A stretch of 64,000 nucleotides of DNA from the NCBI GenBank assembly GCA_951406725.2, contig OX597824.1, positions 3,348,001 through 3,412,000 on the forward strand, written 5' to 3'. A program made the position numbers and the translations under genes. The first letter of the stretch is position 1, and each line of letters starts with the position of its first letter. Below the pieces are notes generated by a model. That model saw only the letters and a list, made by a program, of their open reading frames with translations, did not search any database and was not told the origin of the DNA. This document shows positions 1 through 13,112 of this stretch, in pieces. The DNA comes from Octopus vulgaris. Lineage: Eukaryota.

Positions 1-830
1 AGCAGTAACTATCTTGTCTAAGTTTGTGACCGTGAAAGCAACAACATAATTAAGATGGATAATGACCTTTAGGAGAGGTCTGAAAAAACAGCTGATACAG
101 GTCTTTGCCCAAGGAGCATTGATAAAAATCTATTTATCAGAACAACAGAAAATATGGAAGAGTTCAGGAAAAAGATTGTGCATGGGTCCTTGGCATGTAA
201 AACTCAAACCACAGAAGGGACTGAACATGTCAAAAGTTTGGCATTGAGTTTATGACATCCCACTTTGAAAGCTACATTCCATGCTGTCTAAGAACGAGAG
301 ATCCCCAACATCTACCCATAGTATACAAGGCAAAAACCGTTGACAGACTAAAGATATCAACCACAGTATATCTGTGAGAGAATGTCTTCCAGATATTATC
401 TTCCCATGAGGCATAAAATACCTACAAAGTTGACCGTATTTAGATCGATGGATCAAAAGAATATTGGTGGAACTTTAAATTTATAGCAGCCACCAAGTTA
501 TAACACAACCAGCCAGATATTGTCGTGTGGAACCACAAAAAATGTTCTGTTGTGAAATCAGCTGGACATGAATGTGGTTAGAAAAATAGCAGAGAAAGAG
601 GACATCTATGGACCATTGATAAGGAATTTGAAAATCCAGTCTCCAAGATACACTTTCAGCTTCATGGCTGTTATTAATAGAGCAACAGGATACATACCGA
701 CCCATCTGGAGCAAAGTATGGCTGAACTTGGAATCTCGGGAGAGAATGCAAATCCTTGATTCATATGCTACAAATAATCTTGGTATCTGGGATTATAAGA
801 ATTTGCAAGACTTTCTTAAGATTTAAAGGA
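1..830 (+). mobile_element. Degenerate 3' part of an R4/Dong-type (restriction-like endonuclease) non-LTR retrotransposon
   Basis: NQPDIVV...EIS..DMNVVRKIAEKEDIYGPL matches the PD-(D/E)xK RLE domain; frameshifted. Confidence 0.7.
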
Positions 831-984
831 TGGTGGTTGAAACAAGATGCCTAACCTTGCTAAGAAGTTGGTGGCCAGTCAAAATTTACTCTGAAACAAA
901 AGTGAGAAAGAGAAGAACATACATACATACATTCATATACACACACACACATACATACACACACATTATTTACATTTGAGGGAT

Positions 985-1026
985 ACACATTTCAGCTGAT
1001 ATACTCTCAAGCCTTCATCAGGTGTC
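985..1026 (-). ncRNA. Degenerate hammerhead ribozyme motif (Penelope-type)
   Basis: Minus strand: gacac CTGATGA aggct...agct GAAA tgtg; stems I and III eroded. Confidence 0.4.
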
Positions 1027-1089
1027 TTGGGGCAATTTCAAACCTAGGTTCTCATTCCTAAGGTATTTGATTCTATTATTGTTATTATT

Positions 1090-1295
1090 CAGTAGTTTTA
1101 TTTTTATAGCGTGCTTTCACTTCACTACCGAGCACAGCTCTGTGTGCCTTGGGTATGTGCTGTGATTTGTTGTGATGCTCTGATGGTTATTGTATGGAAA
1201 GTGTTCTGCGTAGGATGTGTGCAGTGCCTAGTAGTGCAATTTTCTGTATGTTATATGTGTTTGTAAGTCCTGGTGTTTTTGTTATGTATTTGTCT
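1090..1295 (-). mobile_element. 3' end of R4/Dong-type LINE within a (TAA)n tract
   Basis: Minus strand encodes DKYITKTPGLTNTYNIQKIALLGTAHILRRTLS (RLE C-terminus), flanked by (TTA)n. Confidence 0.7.
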
Positions 1296-1306
1296 GAATA
1301 TTATTA

Positions 1307-1352
<46 letters not shown>

Positions 1353-1389
1353 CATTATTATTATTATTCAGGTCACTGCCTGGAATCGA

Positions 1390-1735
1390 ACTAAGGTGGA
1401 AAGTGAAACAGGTACTAGGGAAACCAAAACTTCCCAAACCAAACATCACTAAGGAAGAAACGTTCACTGTCAAAAGACTACAGAGTGACAATTCCATCAT
1501 AATACTTCCAGCAGACAAGGGGAATGCTACAGTGGTGATGAAGAAGTCTGACTTCTCGGAAAAACTGGCAAGTCTTATAAGTGATGGTAGCTACAATAAA
1601 GTAAAGAAAGACCCTACTTTGAAAAAAGAGAGGAAGTTGTTACAAATCTTGATCAAGAACAAGGATCACTTTACACCAACGAAGTACAGACAACTGACTC
1701 AACACCACAGAAAACTACCACATGTACAGTCTTAA
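1390..1735 (+). mobile_element. Penelope-like element reverse transcriptase fragment
   Basis: PNITKEE...IIILPADKGNATVVM...Y..VKKDPT is the N-terminal motif of Penelope-like RTs. Confidence 0.8.
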
Positions 1736-2134
1736 TACCATCTTTGTGTGTATATCTATCATTCTTTTTAATATCAGCTTAGCTGAAACCATGAGCCAAA
1801 TAATCAACCAGTCAACTCAAAACCACCTCTAATCTGGCAAAACAGTTAGATTATAACTCCTAGAAGAGGTTTAATAAATCTGAAACATGACCAGAGTTGT
1901 AACTGTACTGTCAAATACCAAACTCATTCTCCACTGCGTTCTCTCCCCTGCTTCTCTTGATTATAATTAGTCAATAAGATAACATTTGTTGCCATAAGTA
2001 AGATTATAAATTTAATTCATTCAAATATTTTGGCCCCCACACCAGTCAGGTTTGTACATACTTTACTATAAAAGTCGTTATATTGCTACCCTTTCCCTGA
2101 AGTGCAACACATGACATGGTAGATATCTCCAGTA

Positions 2135-2483
2135 TCTCCATATATATAAATGGCAAAATGTCTGTCTGTGTGTGTGTCCTTTATACAAATCCACAATTTT
2201 TCAGTTAGAGGGCTCACACTTTCGATGGTCATTCAAAACCGTCCCCGGATCGTCGTGCATATCTTTACATTTCTCCAGTCATCCCGCAAAGTAATAAAAA
2301 AAAATCAAAAACAGTGACTTTTTTGTGAATTTTATATCCGAAACCCAATCAAAATGCCCGAAACTTGATACACCAATTGAATGCCAGCTAGCTGTATGTG
2401 ATTGGTCAGAGATTTGGACAGTACTCGCGTGTATGTGCGCACGCACGCAGCTGTATATGCATGCACTAGCACTATAGTGCTAG
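2135..2483 (+). mobile_element. Non-autonomous Helitron-like element
   Basis: Begins A|TC with (TA)-aaa-(TCTG)(TG) 5' motif like the 33.8-34.7 kb element; ends CTAG|T within a 22-bp palindrome (2464-2485). Confidence 0.45.
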
Positions 2484-2563
2484 TGTATTATATTTTGTAA
2501 AATTTGATTTAGTTTTTCTAAATTGAATTTTTCCCTGTAAGTTAGGAATAATATTCCCTCAAA

Positions 2564-2596
<33 letters not shown>

Positions 2597-2601
<5 letters not shown>

Positions 2602-2785
2602 ATCCAAACATGAAAACACAAAAAGAAAACACAATAACGCGAGGACGTGGAACAAGTATAGTATTATTGGACGCTCAGGAAAGAAGGAAAGAAGGAGGGT
2701 TTAACGTTTCGAGCGGAGCTCTTCGTCGGAAACATAGGAAAAGGAAAGGACCAAAGAAGGGAAAACGGAGGAAAAAATCGCAAAC
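2597..2785 (-). mobile_element. Short non-autonomous Penelope-derived repeat with hammerhead motif, next to (TA)n
   Basis: Closely similar to 25243-25455; minus strand ttt CCGACGA a gagc tcc gctc GAAAC gtt aaac. Confidence 0.6.
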
Positions 2786-2847
2786 AGTGTTCCTCTTTCA
2801 CTGCTTCCAAAAGGATGCAATACAACCCACCATTTTATGCATATACA

Positions 2848-2906
<59 letters not shown>

Positions 2907-3206
2907 CAATATTTTAACAAAATGATGGTATCTTTTTTTATTGTAATGTTACTTTGTAAATTAAAATCAAATAATTCAAATTTTATCCGTAGCTGCAGTA
3001 TTTTAAGTAAAACTTTTCTTGTCCTGTACTTTTCTATGTTTATAATCTTAAGATTATTATTTCTCTTGCACGCATTTTCCATGTAATTCATGTTTTTTTT
3101 TCCAAGTTATGCTATTATGCTAATTAATAATGTGTCAAATATGTCAATTAGCGGTGTCGTCGAAAATTTTTCGTTACCTCAATGGTGCCGGTATCATATA
3201 TTAAGT

Positions 3207-3385
3207 TTCGGCTGCCGTTACGTTGTCAGTTAAAATTCCGCCGAGGTCGACTTTGCCTTTCATCCTTTCGAGGTCGATAAATTAAGTACCAGTTACGCAC
3301 TGGGGTCGATGTAACCGACTTAATACCTATGTCTGTCCATGTTTGTCCCCTCTATGTTTAGCCCCTTGTGGGTAATAAAGAAATA
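3207..3385 (+). mobile_element. 5'-truncated tRNA-derived SINE (family A) with 17-bp TSD
   Basis: gtcgactttgcctttcatcctttc..gataaattaagtacc core shared with 8830, 9721 and 46085 copies; TSD ggtatcatatattaagt at 3190-3206 and 3386-3402. Confidence 0.85.
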
Positions 3386-4254
3386 GGTATCATATATTAA
3401 GTCCCCTAGAACTATATTTATAACAAGTATAGAACTGTATTATCACCCTCAAATTTGAGAAACACTCATAACTTTTTTCTTTGCATGAGATTGTTACCAT
3501 GAAATTCCTCGAATTGAGCTCTATCATTTAAGCTTAATTAAAATATAGTTTTGTTATATAAGTAAAAAAGTTAGTCATGCTTAAATCCAATTTTTTGCCT
3601 TACTTATATTTTTTTCAGGATATTTTACCTCACAACGTTTTTGATACAGATTTTTGTTGCAGGGAACCAAAACTATGAAGTTCTTCACGTTTTCTTCTAT
3701 CATTGAAGCTAAGATAAATATATTTTGCTTTTAGATCTAAACTTGATTGGTGGCGTTACTTACTTTCCAGTAACGTTTCTACAAATTTTGATGTAAACTT
3801 TTTTCTACTGGACCAAATCTCAATTTTATTATGCCAATATGTAGCTAGGGGCCAGTCCTCTTCAAAAATGTTAACAGTTTTCAATTTGGTTAAGAACTGA
3901 ATTAGCGACAAGCTCTGAAAAATGCTGTGAGTATATTGCGGCCTTCAGAATATTATTCAACTATTATCGTCGTTGAATGATACATACAAACAGAAAAAAG
4001 CAAAGACTGAAATTTTAGATTAGAAGTCATATCAGAGAGCTCTCTATATAACACTCATGAATAAGCAATTCTTGGGTACGTCTACAAAGAATATCCCAAT
4101 TTCCCCCTAGGGATCTCTACATAGATTTCTTATTACAGAAAACAAACAGCTTTATTACTCTGATATGGAGAGCTCTCCACTATGAGTTCAAATCTAAATC
4201 TTCAGTCTTTTCTTGCTTACTTTCTGTTTACACGTATATCTTTCTTTTCTTTTT

Positions 4255-4652
4255 CTTTTTCTCTTGTTTCAGTCATTTTGACTGCGGCCATGCTGGAGCA
4301 CCGCCTTTAATCGAGCAACTCGACCCCGGGACTTATTCTTTGTAAGCCCAGTACTTATTCTATCGGTCTCTTTTGCCGAACCGCTAAGTGACGGGGACAT
4401 AAACACACCAGCATCGGTTGTCAAGCAATGCTAGGGGGACAAACACAGACACACAAACATACACGCATATACATATATATACATATATACGACGGGCTTC
4501 TTTCAGTTTCCGTCTACCAAATCCACTCACAAGGCTTTGGTCGGCCTGAGGCTAAAGTAGAAGACAGTTGCCCAAAGTACCACGCAGTGGGACTGAACCC
4601 GGAACCATGTGGTTGGTAAACAAGCTACTTACCACACAGCCACTCCTGCGCC
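4255..4652 (-). mobile_element. tRNA-derived SINE (family B)
   Basis: Head ggcgcaggagtggctgtgtggtaag...ggttcagtcccac (A/B-box like); homologous to 30675-31012 and 54265-54425. Confidence 0.8.
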
Positions 4653-5404
4653 ATATATGCAATAATAATAATAGTAATAATAATAATCTAATATGGACAG
4701 CAGTGTGCAATGTTTTACTAAGAAGAAAAACTATAATTGTCACTAAATATGACTAAGGTGTTGCTAAAAATAAGAGCTAAAAATCTCTAATACTGTAGTT
4801 AGTTTCTTTGTATCTTTGTAGTTTATTTTGTATCTTCTCGCATTGTTCCGGCCTTACACAACAACCTTCTTTAAAGTTAAGTTATACTTACAATGTCTCA
4901 CCAAAACTACCTCATTTAATATGTGCATATATTAAAAGTGTATACCTCGAGCAAAACCTAGTGTGCCTTTTCCAATGCCGATGAAGGGGAATAACTCAGA
5001 AACCATGATCCTGAGGTACCGTTTAAGGCTAAGCGGAAACATTAGCTCTCTTGTTCGAAGTATTAGGGCGCAGCGGGAAAAGATGTTTTCCTGGGGCTAC
5101 AAAAGGATAGTAACATCGTCCTAATCAGGGCTGCCGCTTTACGTTGGCAAATAGATTTTACTCTGTAGTACCGGTATTACTTACTTCTCGCTCAGAGATT
5201 TAAAAGTAATTGTTTCTCTCTTTCTCCCTCTCTCTCTCCACACACACACACTCACACACATTAGCCTATAACATGTATGACTGAAAACCTGTAAGTGAAA
5301 GCACTTACAATACGAAAGCTTCTTTCTAAATGGTTCATGTCATTTTGTTTTTCATAAAGATCGTTTATATAATTGAATAACATTTAAAGGAAATCTTTCA
5401 TCAA

Positions 5405-5477
5405 ACACACACACACACACACACACACGTACACGTATGTGTATATATGTGTATCTATCTATCTATCTATCTATCTA

Positions 5478-5509
<32 letters not shown>

Positions 5510-5547
5510 AATGTCTCTGTCAGTCTGTCTATCTATCTATCTATCTA

Positions 5548-5582
<35 letters not shown>

Positions 5583-5630
5583 GTCTAAATGTCTCTGTCA
5601 GTCTGTCTGTCTGTCTATCTATTTATCTAT
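5405..5630. repeat. (CA)n and (TATC/TGTC)n microsatellites
   Basis: Seen directly. Confidence 0.9.
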
Positions 5631-8600
5631 ATGCATATATACTCAGGCTTACGCACCTATTCAGAGTCTAAATTAAATGTTTTTAAGACGGTAGAATATC
5701 CTTTGATTTGAAGGAAATTTGGCTGCTAATTGTAGCAAGTCAATTAAACAAGTGAAGCTTCCTTAGTTGACTTAAAGACAAAGCTGTTGACTCCCGTGCC
5801 GACATTTTGTTATCACATTCTCAAAATTGTTTTTGGTTTTCGTTTATCAACTGGAATGACTGGAATTAATTATATTAATTGAAACGGAGACTCGGAGCCA
5901 ATTAGTTTGGTAGAGTTAATTACTTGTTCTAATCGCATTGTTGGTGCGGTATTGTTTCTCTATCAAAGACGTTTGAATTTCCGTGACATGTCTCAATTAT
6001 CGATCTGCTTTCACAAACGTTTATCACAATGATGACCTCTGACCGTCTGCACAAATACAAATACCTTAGTGAGAAACAGGTACCATAAGGAATGATTTGC
6101 TATCAATATATTAGGTACAGGTATGGCCATGTGGTCAAAAAGTTAACTTTGCTACCGCAACATTTCCAGTGTAGCAATTAGGGCAAATACTTTCCAATTG
6201 CTTTCTGGTATTTTAATATTTCGATATTTTAAAAAATAAGAACCAGAAGCACCGATATAGCTAAAGTTTCATGCAAAGTAGAATAGTATATTTGGTAGGT
6301 AAATTCGTTATATAAAAATAGGCATTGGGTCAAGACTAAAAATGTGAAGACTTGGCAATACCTGAGGCAATAACTCGTGCAGAGTTTACTGTGAATTTGT
6401 TGTTATAGGTAGATTTTACTGTAATATATGACTCATATTTGTATTATTCTCTTTATTGTACTAACTAATTATTTACTCGTGAAGTATATTTGCGACTTAA
6501 ATGTGGCTAAGCCCTAAGGGTGGATGCTACTGTAGCTTGTCGCCCCAGGAGGACACCTCCTCCAGCTGGTCATTGACCACACTTTCTGTGCCCTATTAGT
6601 ATTTGCAATGGGAAGGATGGCTTCCCTTTGCAAATACTGAGTGAGGTCTCTATTGATTTTGAATCCTCTCGCTCAGATCCGCTGCTTAGGATCAGAGCCC
6701 AACTATATTGCCATAAAAAGCAAAAGCCAGCTACAATTAATTAACTGTGCTGCCGTAAAAAACATTGACGCCTACGTGAACTTGGTTTGATCAAACTTGG
6801 CTGGTGTGTAACCAAATTGTTAGTGACTTGAATTTAGTTTTATGCATTTTTCCACCAAAATAGATCGGCCGACAGTTCTGTAAGCATAACAAAATTTTAT
6901 AAAAGCTGGGGTTTCAAAATCCCAAGTGCTACTGAGGTCGGTCAGTTCTGTAATAAAGTAATCTCATGTTTCTACGTATTTTGTCTTTAATAACCATGCA
7001 CATTTTTTAATAAAAATAACTAAGATATTTTACGCAATGAATACTTGTAGCCATTATTATCACTGCCTCTTTACCGTTCGCCATCACTGATACTGGAGCC
7101 AATCGTTGCAGACGCCATACCAAGCTTTAGAACTTGCAACAAAGGATTTGTGTCTCTTGATAAAAATTCCGAGTTCATAATATCACTAAAACAAAGTTAC
7201 ACACCAACGCAAGAAGTTATTAAAAATTGTGAACTTAGAGCCAAGACTCAGTAATGCCGCATATTCAGACATTCCTAGAAAGCACCTGTTCTAGTTATGT
7301 CGGTTTTTCTTTTAGATACAAAAGTTCACACACTAATAAAGGGAGAATGTCAGATTTTTTGAGCTTCTGCCCACAATTCAATTGTTTTGGAATCAAAAGT
7401 CGGTAGCTATATAAATTATTTATTAGAGTTTGTTAATACGTGACAATTCTTTTAAATAAAATCTCAATTTGCAAGGCGAAAAGTAAACTGCTAAGATTTA
7501 TTAACGATTTCAAAAATGAATTTCAATCTTTATTTTTCAATTTCAAAAGTAAGGAACCAAACATCAATTCTCCAATAAATGAACAGTTCTTATGTTCAAA
7601 CTCAGCAACACACTTAGAATAGCCGGCTATTAACATCACAGTTCTCTAAATTCTTTGATTATTTGTAAAAAGAAAATATTGCAACCTTCTTAAATAACTT
7701 TTATTTGTTTTCATTTATTGAGATCATCTGACATATTTTGCCAAACTCCTCATCAGCATCACTCACAAGGTTTTATACCGTTTATTTATTCTGAAAATTT
7801 AGTGCCTCTAAAAACAGAATTTGACATTTATTTCAAAGATTTTTATCAACTAAACATTTTTTTTTTAATCTTTTCATTTTCTCTTTCATATTGCTTCAGT
7901 GAAGAAGTAGAAAAAATTGTTCTACGAAGACTGGAGCTCTGTTCAACTTGTTTGACAGTTGTGACATTCAATTAAAGTCATCAAGATTCGAGTTTTTATT
8001 TATTTCATTTTAGGATAAAGTTTCAACTGAAAATACCCAAAACCAATAATGATACTCGAGGAATATTTTCTTCCATCTATCTTTGGAAAAAATAATTCTA
8101 GTACTCGGATATAATAAAATCTGTAGCAAAATGTGTTGACAAACTAGGCCTCGAAACTTCTTGATGTCTATGATTGTCAAATCACACACAAATAATATTT
8201 AACTAACAATATATAACGACCTCATCATCTTTCGTTTTTTGACATGGTATATCTAGATAGAACTACAAGCGCAAACAGAATCACCAAATGGTTAAGAAGC
8301 TCGCTTCGCAACCACAAGGACCCAGGTTTCGACTCCACTGTAGGAAATTTTGAGTGATATCATTTTCTATAGTCTCGGGTCGAGCCATACCTTAGCAGTA
8401 AAATTTAGTCGACGGAAACTGTACAGAAGCGTATCGGGTGGATTGTAATTCTAAAGAGACAGTCTTGTCATACATATTGTGTCACACTGGTTCTGTCTAT
8501 GAATTACATTAAGGGCACAGATGTCTGTATTAGCACGTTGACTGAACAAGTGAATCCTCGTCGTTGAACGATGGAAACACACAACCGCCACCACCACCAC

Positions 8601-8774
8601 ACTATCTAGGAATATGAATCTTATGAGTGTAGGTGGGGCTTAACTGATTATTTGGAGGAGACGTGGCAGCTATTTCTTCCACGTTATGCAACCATTGTCT
8701 TTTACCGCCGGAGGCCTTTTCTCCTTTTAACCACTTCCATGCGAAGCACACACACGCACAAATATTTATAAATA

Positions 8775-8808
<34 letters not shown>

Positions 8809-8829
8809 TGCACCCTGCTAGATATGACC

Positions 8830-9040
8830 TATGGTTAAACGTTAGCACGCCGGGCGAAATGCGCAGCCGTATTTCGTCTGCCATTCAAATTCCGCCGAGG
8901 TCGACTTTGCCTTTCATCCTTTCGGGGTCAATAAATTAAGTACCAGTTACTCACTGGGGTCGATACAATCGGCTTAATCCCTCTGTCTCTCCTTGTTTGT
9001 CCCCTCTATGTTTAGCCCCGTGTGGGTAGTAAAGAAATAG
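8830..9040 (+). mobile_element. SINE family A
   Basis: Same core as 3207-3385. Confidence 0.8.
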
Positions 9041-9277
9041 GTTAAAGCTGTGAATGATATCATTTTGTATATTTGCAACTACATTCTGGAATATGATTTT
9101 CTTTTGGCGGGATTTGAGTGAGATTTAACTGTAATTCGTAGCATGTCACTCACACACGTGTGTCTGCGTGTTATGTCGGTCGCCTTCACTTACCACTCTT
9201 CCCCAACACAAGTTTGACGGGGTTATTTATTTCCATCCACTGCCTCCTGCATGGAACGACTAAACTCTTACAAGATC

Positions 9278-9540
9278 ATCATCCTCCTCCTCATCATCAT
9301 CGTTTAACGTCTGTTTTCCATGCTAGCATAGGTTGGACGGTTCGACCAGGGTCTTGGAAGCCAGAAGGCTGCACCAAGCTCCAGTCTGATCTGGCAGTGT
9401 TTCTACAGCTTGATGCCCTTCCTAATGTCAACCACTCTGAGAGTGTAGTGGGTGCTTTTTACGTGTCACCTGCACAGGTGCCAGGGGAGGCTGGCAGCGG
9501 CCACGATCGGTTGGTGCGTTTTACGTGCCACCGGCACAGG
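9278..9540 (-). mobile_element. 5'-truncated RTE 3' UTR copy with (ATG)n tail
   Basis: Matches the 3' end of the RTE LINE at 60364-61430. Confidence 0.75.
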
Positions 9541-9720
9541 ACAAACCAAATAACAACAACCAGAGAGACAAAAAGGGATGAGGATAAATCTCCTTTTGTG
9601 GGCCATAGCGTCTCATAAGAGTCGAGTTTTCTAGTTTGCGTGACGTTCGCATCACCCTCTAGTCATTGTAAGATTACTCGTTTTTGCCAGCTGAACGCTT
9701 GAGACAACATGAAGAGTTTT

Positions 9721-9956
9721 GAAGGCGGCGAGCTGGCAGAGACGTTTGCACGCCGGGCGAAGTGCTTCGCGGTATTTCGCCCGTCGCTACGTTCTGAGTT
9801 CAAATTCCGCCAAGGTCGACCTTGCCTTTCATACTTTCGGGGTCGATAAATTAAGTGCCAGTTACGCACTGGGGTCGATGTAATCGACTTAATCCGTTTG
9901 TCTGTCCTTGTTTGTCCACTCTATGTTTAGCCCCTTGTGGGTTGTAAAGAAACAAG
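9721..9956 (+). mobile_element. Full-length SINE family A with about 13-bp TSD
   Basis: gaaggcggcgagctggcag head and gagttcaaattcc B-box; flanked by catgaagagtttt / catgaagtgtttt. Confidence 0.85.
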
Positions 9957-10154
9957 CATGAAGTGTTTTCCTCAAGAACACAAACATTACCCGGTTCAGG
10001 AATCGAAATCACAATCTTACGATCATGAATCCAACACCCACCCCCTAACCACTAAGCCACGCGTTTTTACGAACACCAAATGTAAACACATGATAAACAC
10101 AGCCAGAGTCTTATAAAACAACAACAGATGTTCAGATAATACAGAAAAGACATT

Positions 10155-10177
10155 TTTATTCCAGTTTATTATTTATT
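10155..10177 (-). terminator. Cluster of three AATAAA polyadenylation signals of the lipase gene
   Basis: tttatt on the + strand at 10155, 10165 and 10172, about 110-130 nt downstream of the stop codon. Confidence 0.6.
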
Positions 10178-10286
10178 TTTTTAATTTCCAGTTTGAAACG
10201 CGCGAGATCTTTTTGCATTTTCTTTTTTTTCCCTCCTTCTTCTTCTGTGAGTTTCTATGAAAGATCGTTCCTTGCAGAGGAATTCT

Positions 10287-10365
10287 TCAAGGGCATTTGG
10301 GAGAGACGTGATATCTTTTGCTCTTTTTCGATGTTATCGTTGTACCACTTACACAAAACATTGAG
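10287..10365 (-). CDS. Lipase terminal coding exon ([25 protein letters not shown])
   Basis: atttatttcag| acceptor, phase 2; FC...C terminal disulfide pair typical of pancreatic lipases; TGA at 10289-10287. Confidence 0.85.
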
Positions 10366-12234
10366 CTGAAATAAATTCATAAAACGTATGTGAAATATCC
10401 ATAATGATTATTTTTAAAAAGTACAATTAGGCCACGAAAATTCTTGGCGTTAATGGTTGTCAAATTACTCACAGAAATAAGACTATTTAGCTAACAATGT
10501 AGAATGACTTTACCGCTTTTTGCTTTTTGTTATAGTATATCTAGATAGAACCATATTCGCAATATTATCAAATGGTTAAGAAACTTGCTTCGCAACCGCA
10601 AGGACCCGGGTTCGATTCCACTGCAGGAAATTTTGGCCGGTATCATTTTCTATAGTCTTAGATCGAGCCATACCTTGGCAGTGAAATTTGGTCGACGGAA
10701 ACTGTATAGAAGCGTATCGGGTGAATTGTAATTCAGAAGGGACAGCCTTGTCACACACATTATGTCATTCTGGTTCCGAATTATATTAAGGGTGTAGATT
10801 TATTTTTTATCTCTTTCTAGTGAATTAAGAGTCATTGATAGAGTCATTATCTATAATTGTTATGTCCGGTCTATTGTTTTCTAACTTCTTGTCCGTTTGA
10901 ATGGGAAAGTCCCACAAAATCTTACATTTCTCCGACTCCAGTATTCTTTCGACTCGCGGATTGAATCGTGTGTTTGCAGCTTCAAATCCCCATTTCTGGC
11001 ATATTTTCCAGTATCAAGCTTTTACAATTTGGTCGTGCCTCCATTTCTTATATTCTTCCTGTGCCAATCCATGGAAAGGAGATGATTTCTCTGACCATTT
11101 CCTTTTCCCAAATCGTAAGCTATTTCAATTTTTGTAGTATCAGGGTGAGCGGTGCCATGGCCAGTACGTATAGGAATGGAGATAATCTATTATTATCATT
11201 ATAATCATTATTATTGAGTGAGAGAGAGCAGCGCATGCCAAAGCCCAATATACCAATCACGATTACCCGCCTGATAAGGGTACACCAGGCACATGCATCA
11301 CAACCATATGTGCGCGACATGGTGATCTCATATCAAGATAAACAGTGCATGACCTCACAGGTGGGGGCCCAGCTAGAATTTTCTTCAGGTCGATTAGCCC
11401 ATTCCACTCAAAAGGTCCCTGAATAAGGTTTATTTTAAGGATAATGAACAAAACACCCAAGTTTCCAGAGGTGAGTTATTCAAACCCCAAAGAATCCCTC
11501 TCAACACACGGCTACGATGCTCCCCCACTACTTCTGCTCGTGTTCAGAGATGCACATATCGTCAGCCACCAAGGGACATGCTCAACTGGTTAAGGTCAAA
11601 CAACGGACAAGCAAATCTGTGGTATTGAGCAGAATATTTTCAGTAGCCCATCTTTTTTTTAATGTATGTAAGCATATAGATATGAAAATAAATAGATCAA
11701 GATACAGACGGATAGGTATATAGACTATATGAAGAGACACATATGGAGACACGGATCCACGCATATAAAGATGCACATCCATACATACAAACATGGTACA
11801 TAGTTGCATAACACACACACACACACAGACATACACACACAAGGAGACAGAGGTGCATACATACACACACACACATGCTTACACACACATACATAGAAAA
11901 TACACAAACACGGACATGCAAGCACATAAATATGCAGGATACGTACATACAGATGCATACACACACATATATACATACACATGCAAACACACACACATAC
12001 ATACGTACATGCATGCATGTATAGGCATACACACTGACCCACACAGATGCGCACAAACAAACAAAAGGGAACGCAGTGTGAGTAAAGGACAGAGTCAAAA
12101 CTATTGAAAAGGTTGCAAGACGCAAAGAAAATTTTAGGAAAATAAAAAAAATTAGAAAAAAGTGGAAATTTTACCGGTGAGTGTGTTACATAATAAGGCA
12201 CAAAAAGAAAATGACTCTCCCCAGACACAACAGA

Positions 12235-12300
<66 letters not shown>

Positions 12301-13030
12301 TGATAAAAATTCACAGCTTATTTTGCTGGTTATGATGGAAAGTGTCAGCTGCCCACAGCCAGCAGACAAAGGTGACACTTGTTTACTGTTCATGCTTCAA
12401 GAATCCTGCTGAGAACTCTTGCAGTTCCAAGCAATGACGGGTTTTGTAGGTGTTCTGTTTTTACACTTGCACCAATCTTTTTTGACCCATGCAGGTAGTT
12501 GAGCACTGATATTTCCAAACACACCAATCACTACTGTTGTCACGTCCACTCTCTTCATTGCCCACAACCTGCGAATTCTCGCTTGAAATCATCATGGATG
12601 TTCGATTTTTCTTCTTCTTTCTCTTTGGCCTTGCTCTCACCGAGAGATGCAATGTCGATTATCATGCAAGTTTTCTTTTTCTGTTTTTGTTCACCGCAAC
12701 AATATCAAGTTTCCGATGCCTGATCTGATGATCACACTGGTTCATGACATCCTACAGGATTTTGCAATCCTCATTCTCAATAAATCCTTCTGGAATTTGG
12801 TCATACTAAGTCTTTGCTCTTTGTAGGCCATGACTTACAGAGCTCCCAGTGGATGTCTTTTGTATTCGCATTGTATCAATTTCGGACACTCACTAACAAT
12901 GCGCCATACACTTTCACTCCTTTCACCACACATTCTGCGTTTGTCGCTCTCGGTAGCGTAAATTCTGCACTTCACGTAGTTCGTCCTTAACTCTTGTTCT
13001 TGTACCACACATATAAGTGCTTCTGTCTCT

Positions 13031-13065
<35 letters not shown>

Positions 13066-13074
13066 TATTATTAC

Positions 13075-13112
<38 letters not shown>

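Noticed and set aside
6870-7980. Possible highly decayed Penelope-like RT on the minus strand
   Set aside because: Only faint, frameshifted motif traces; cannot be supported without a profile search.
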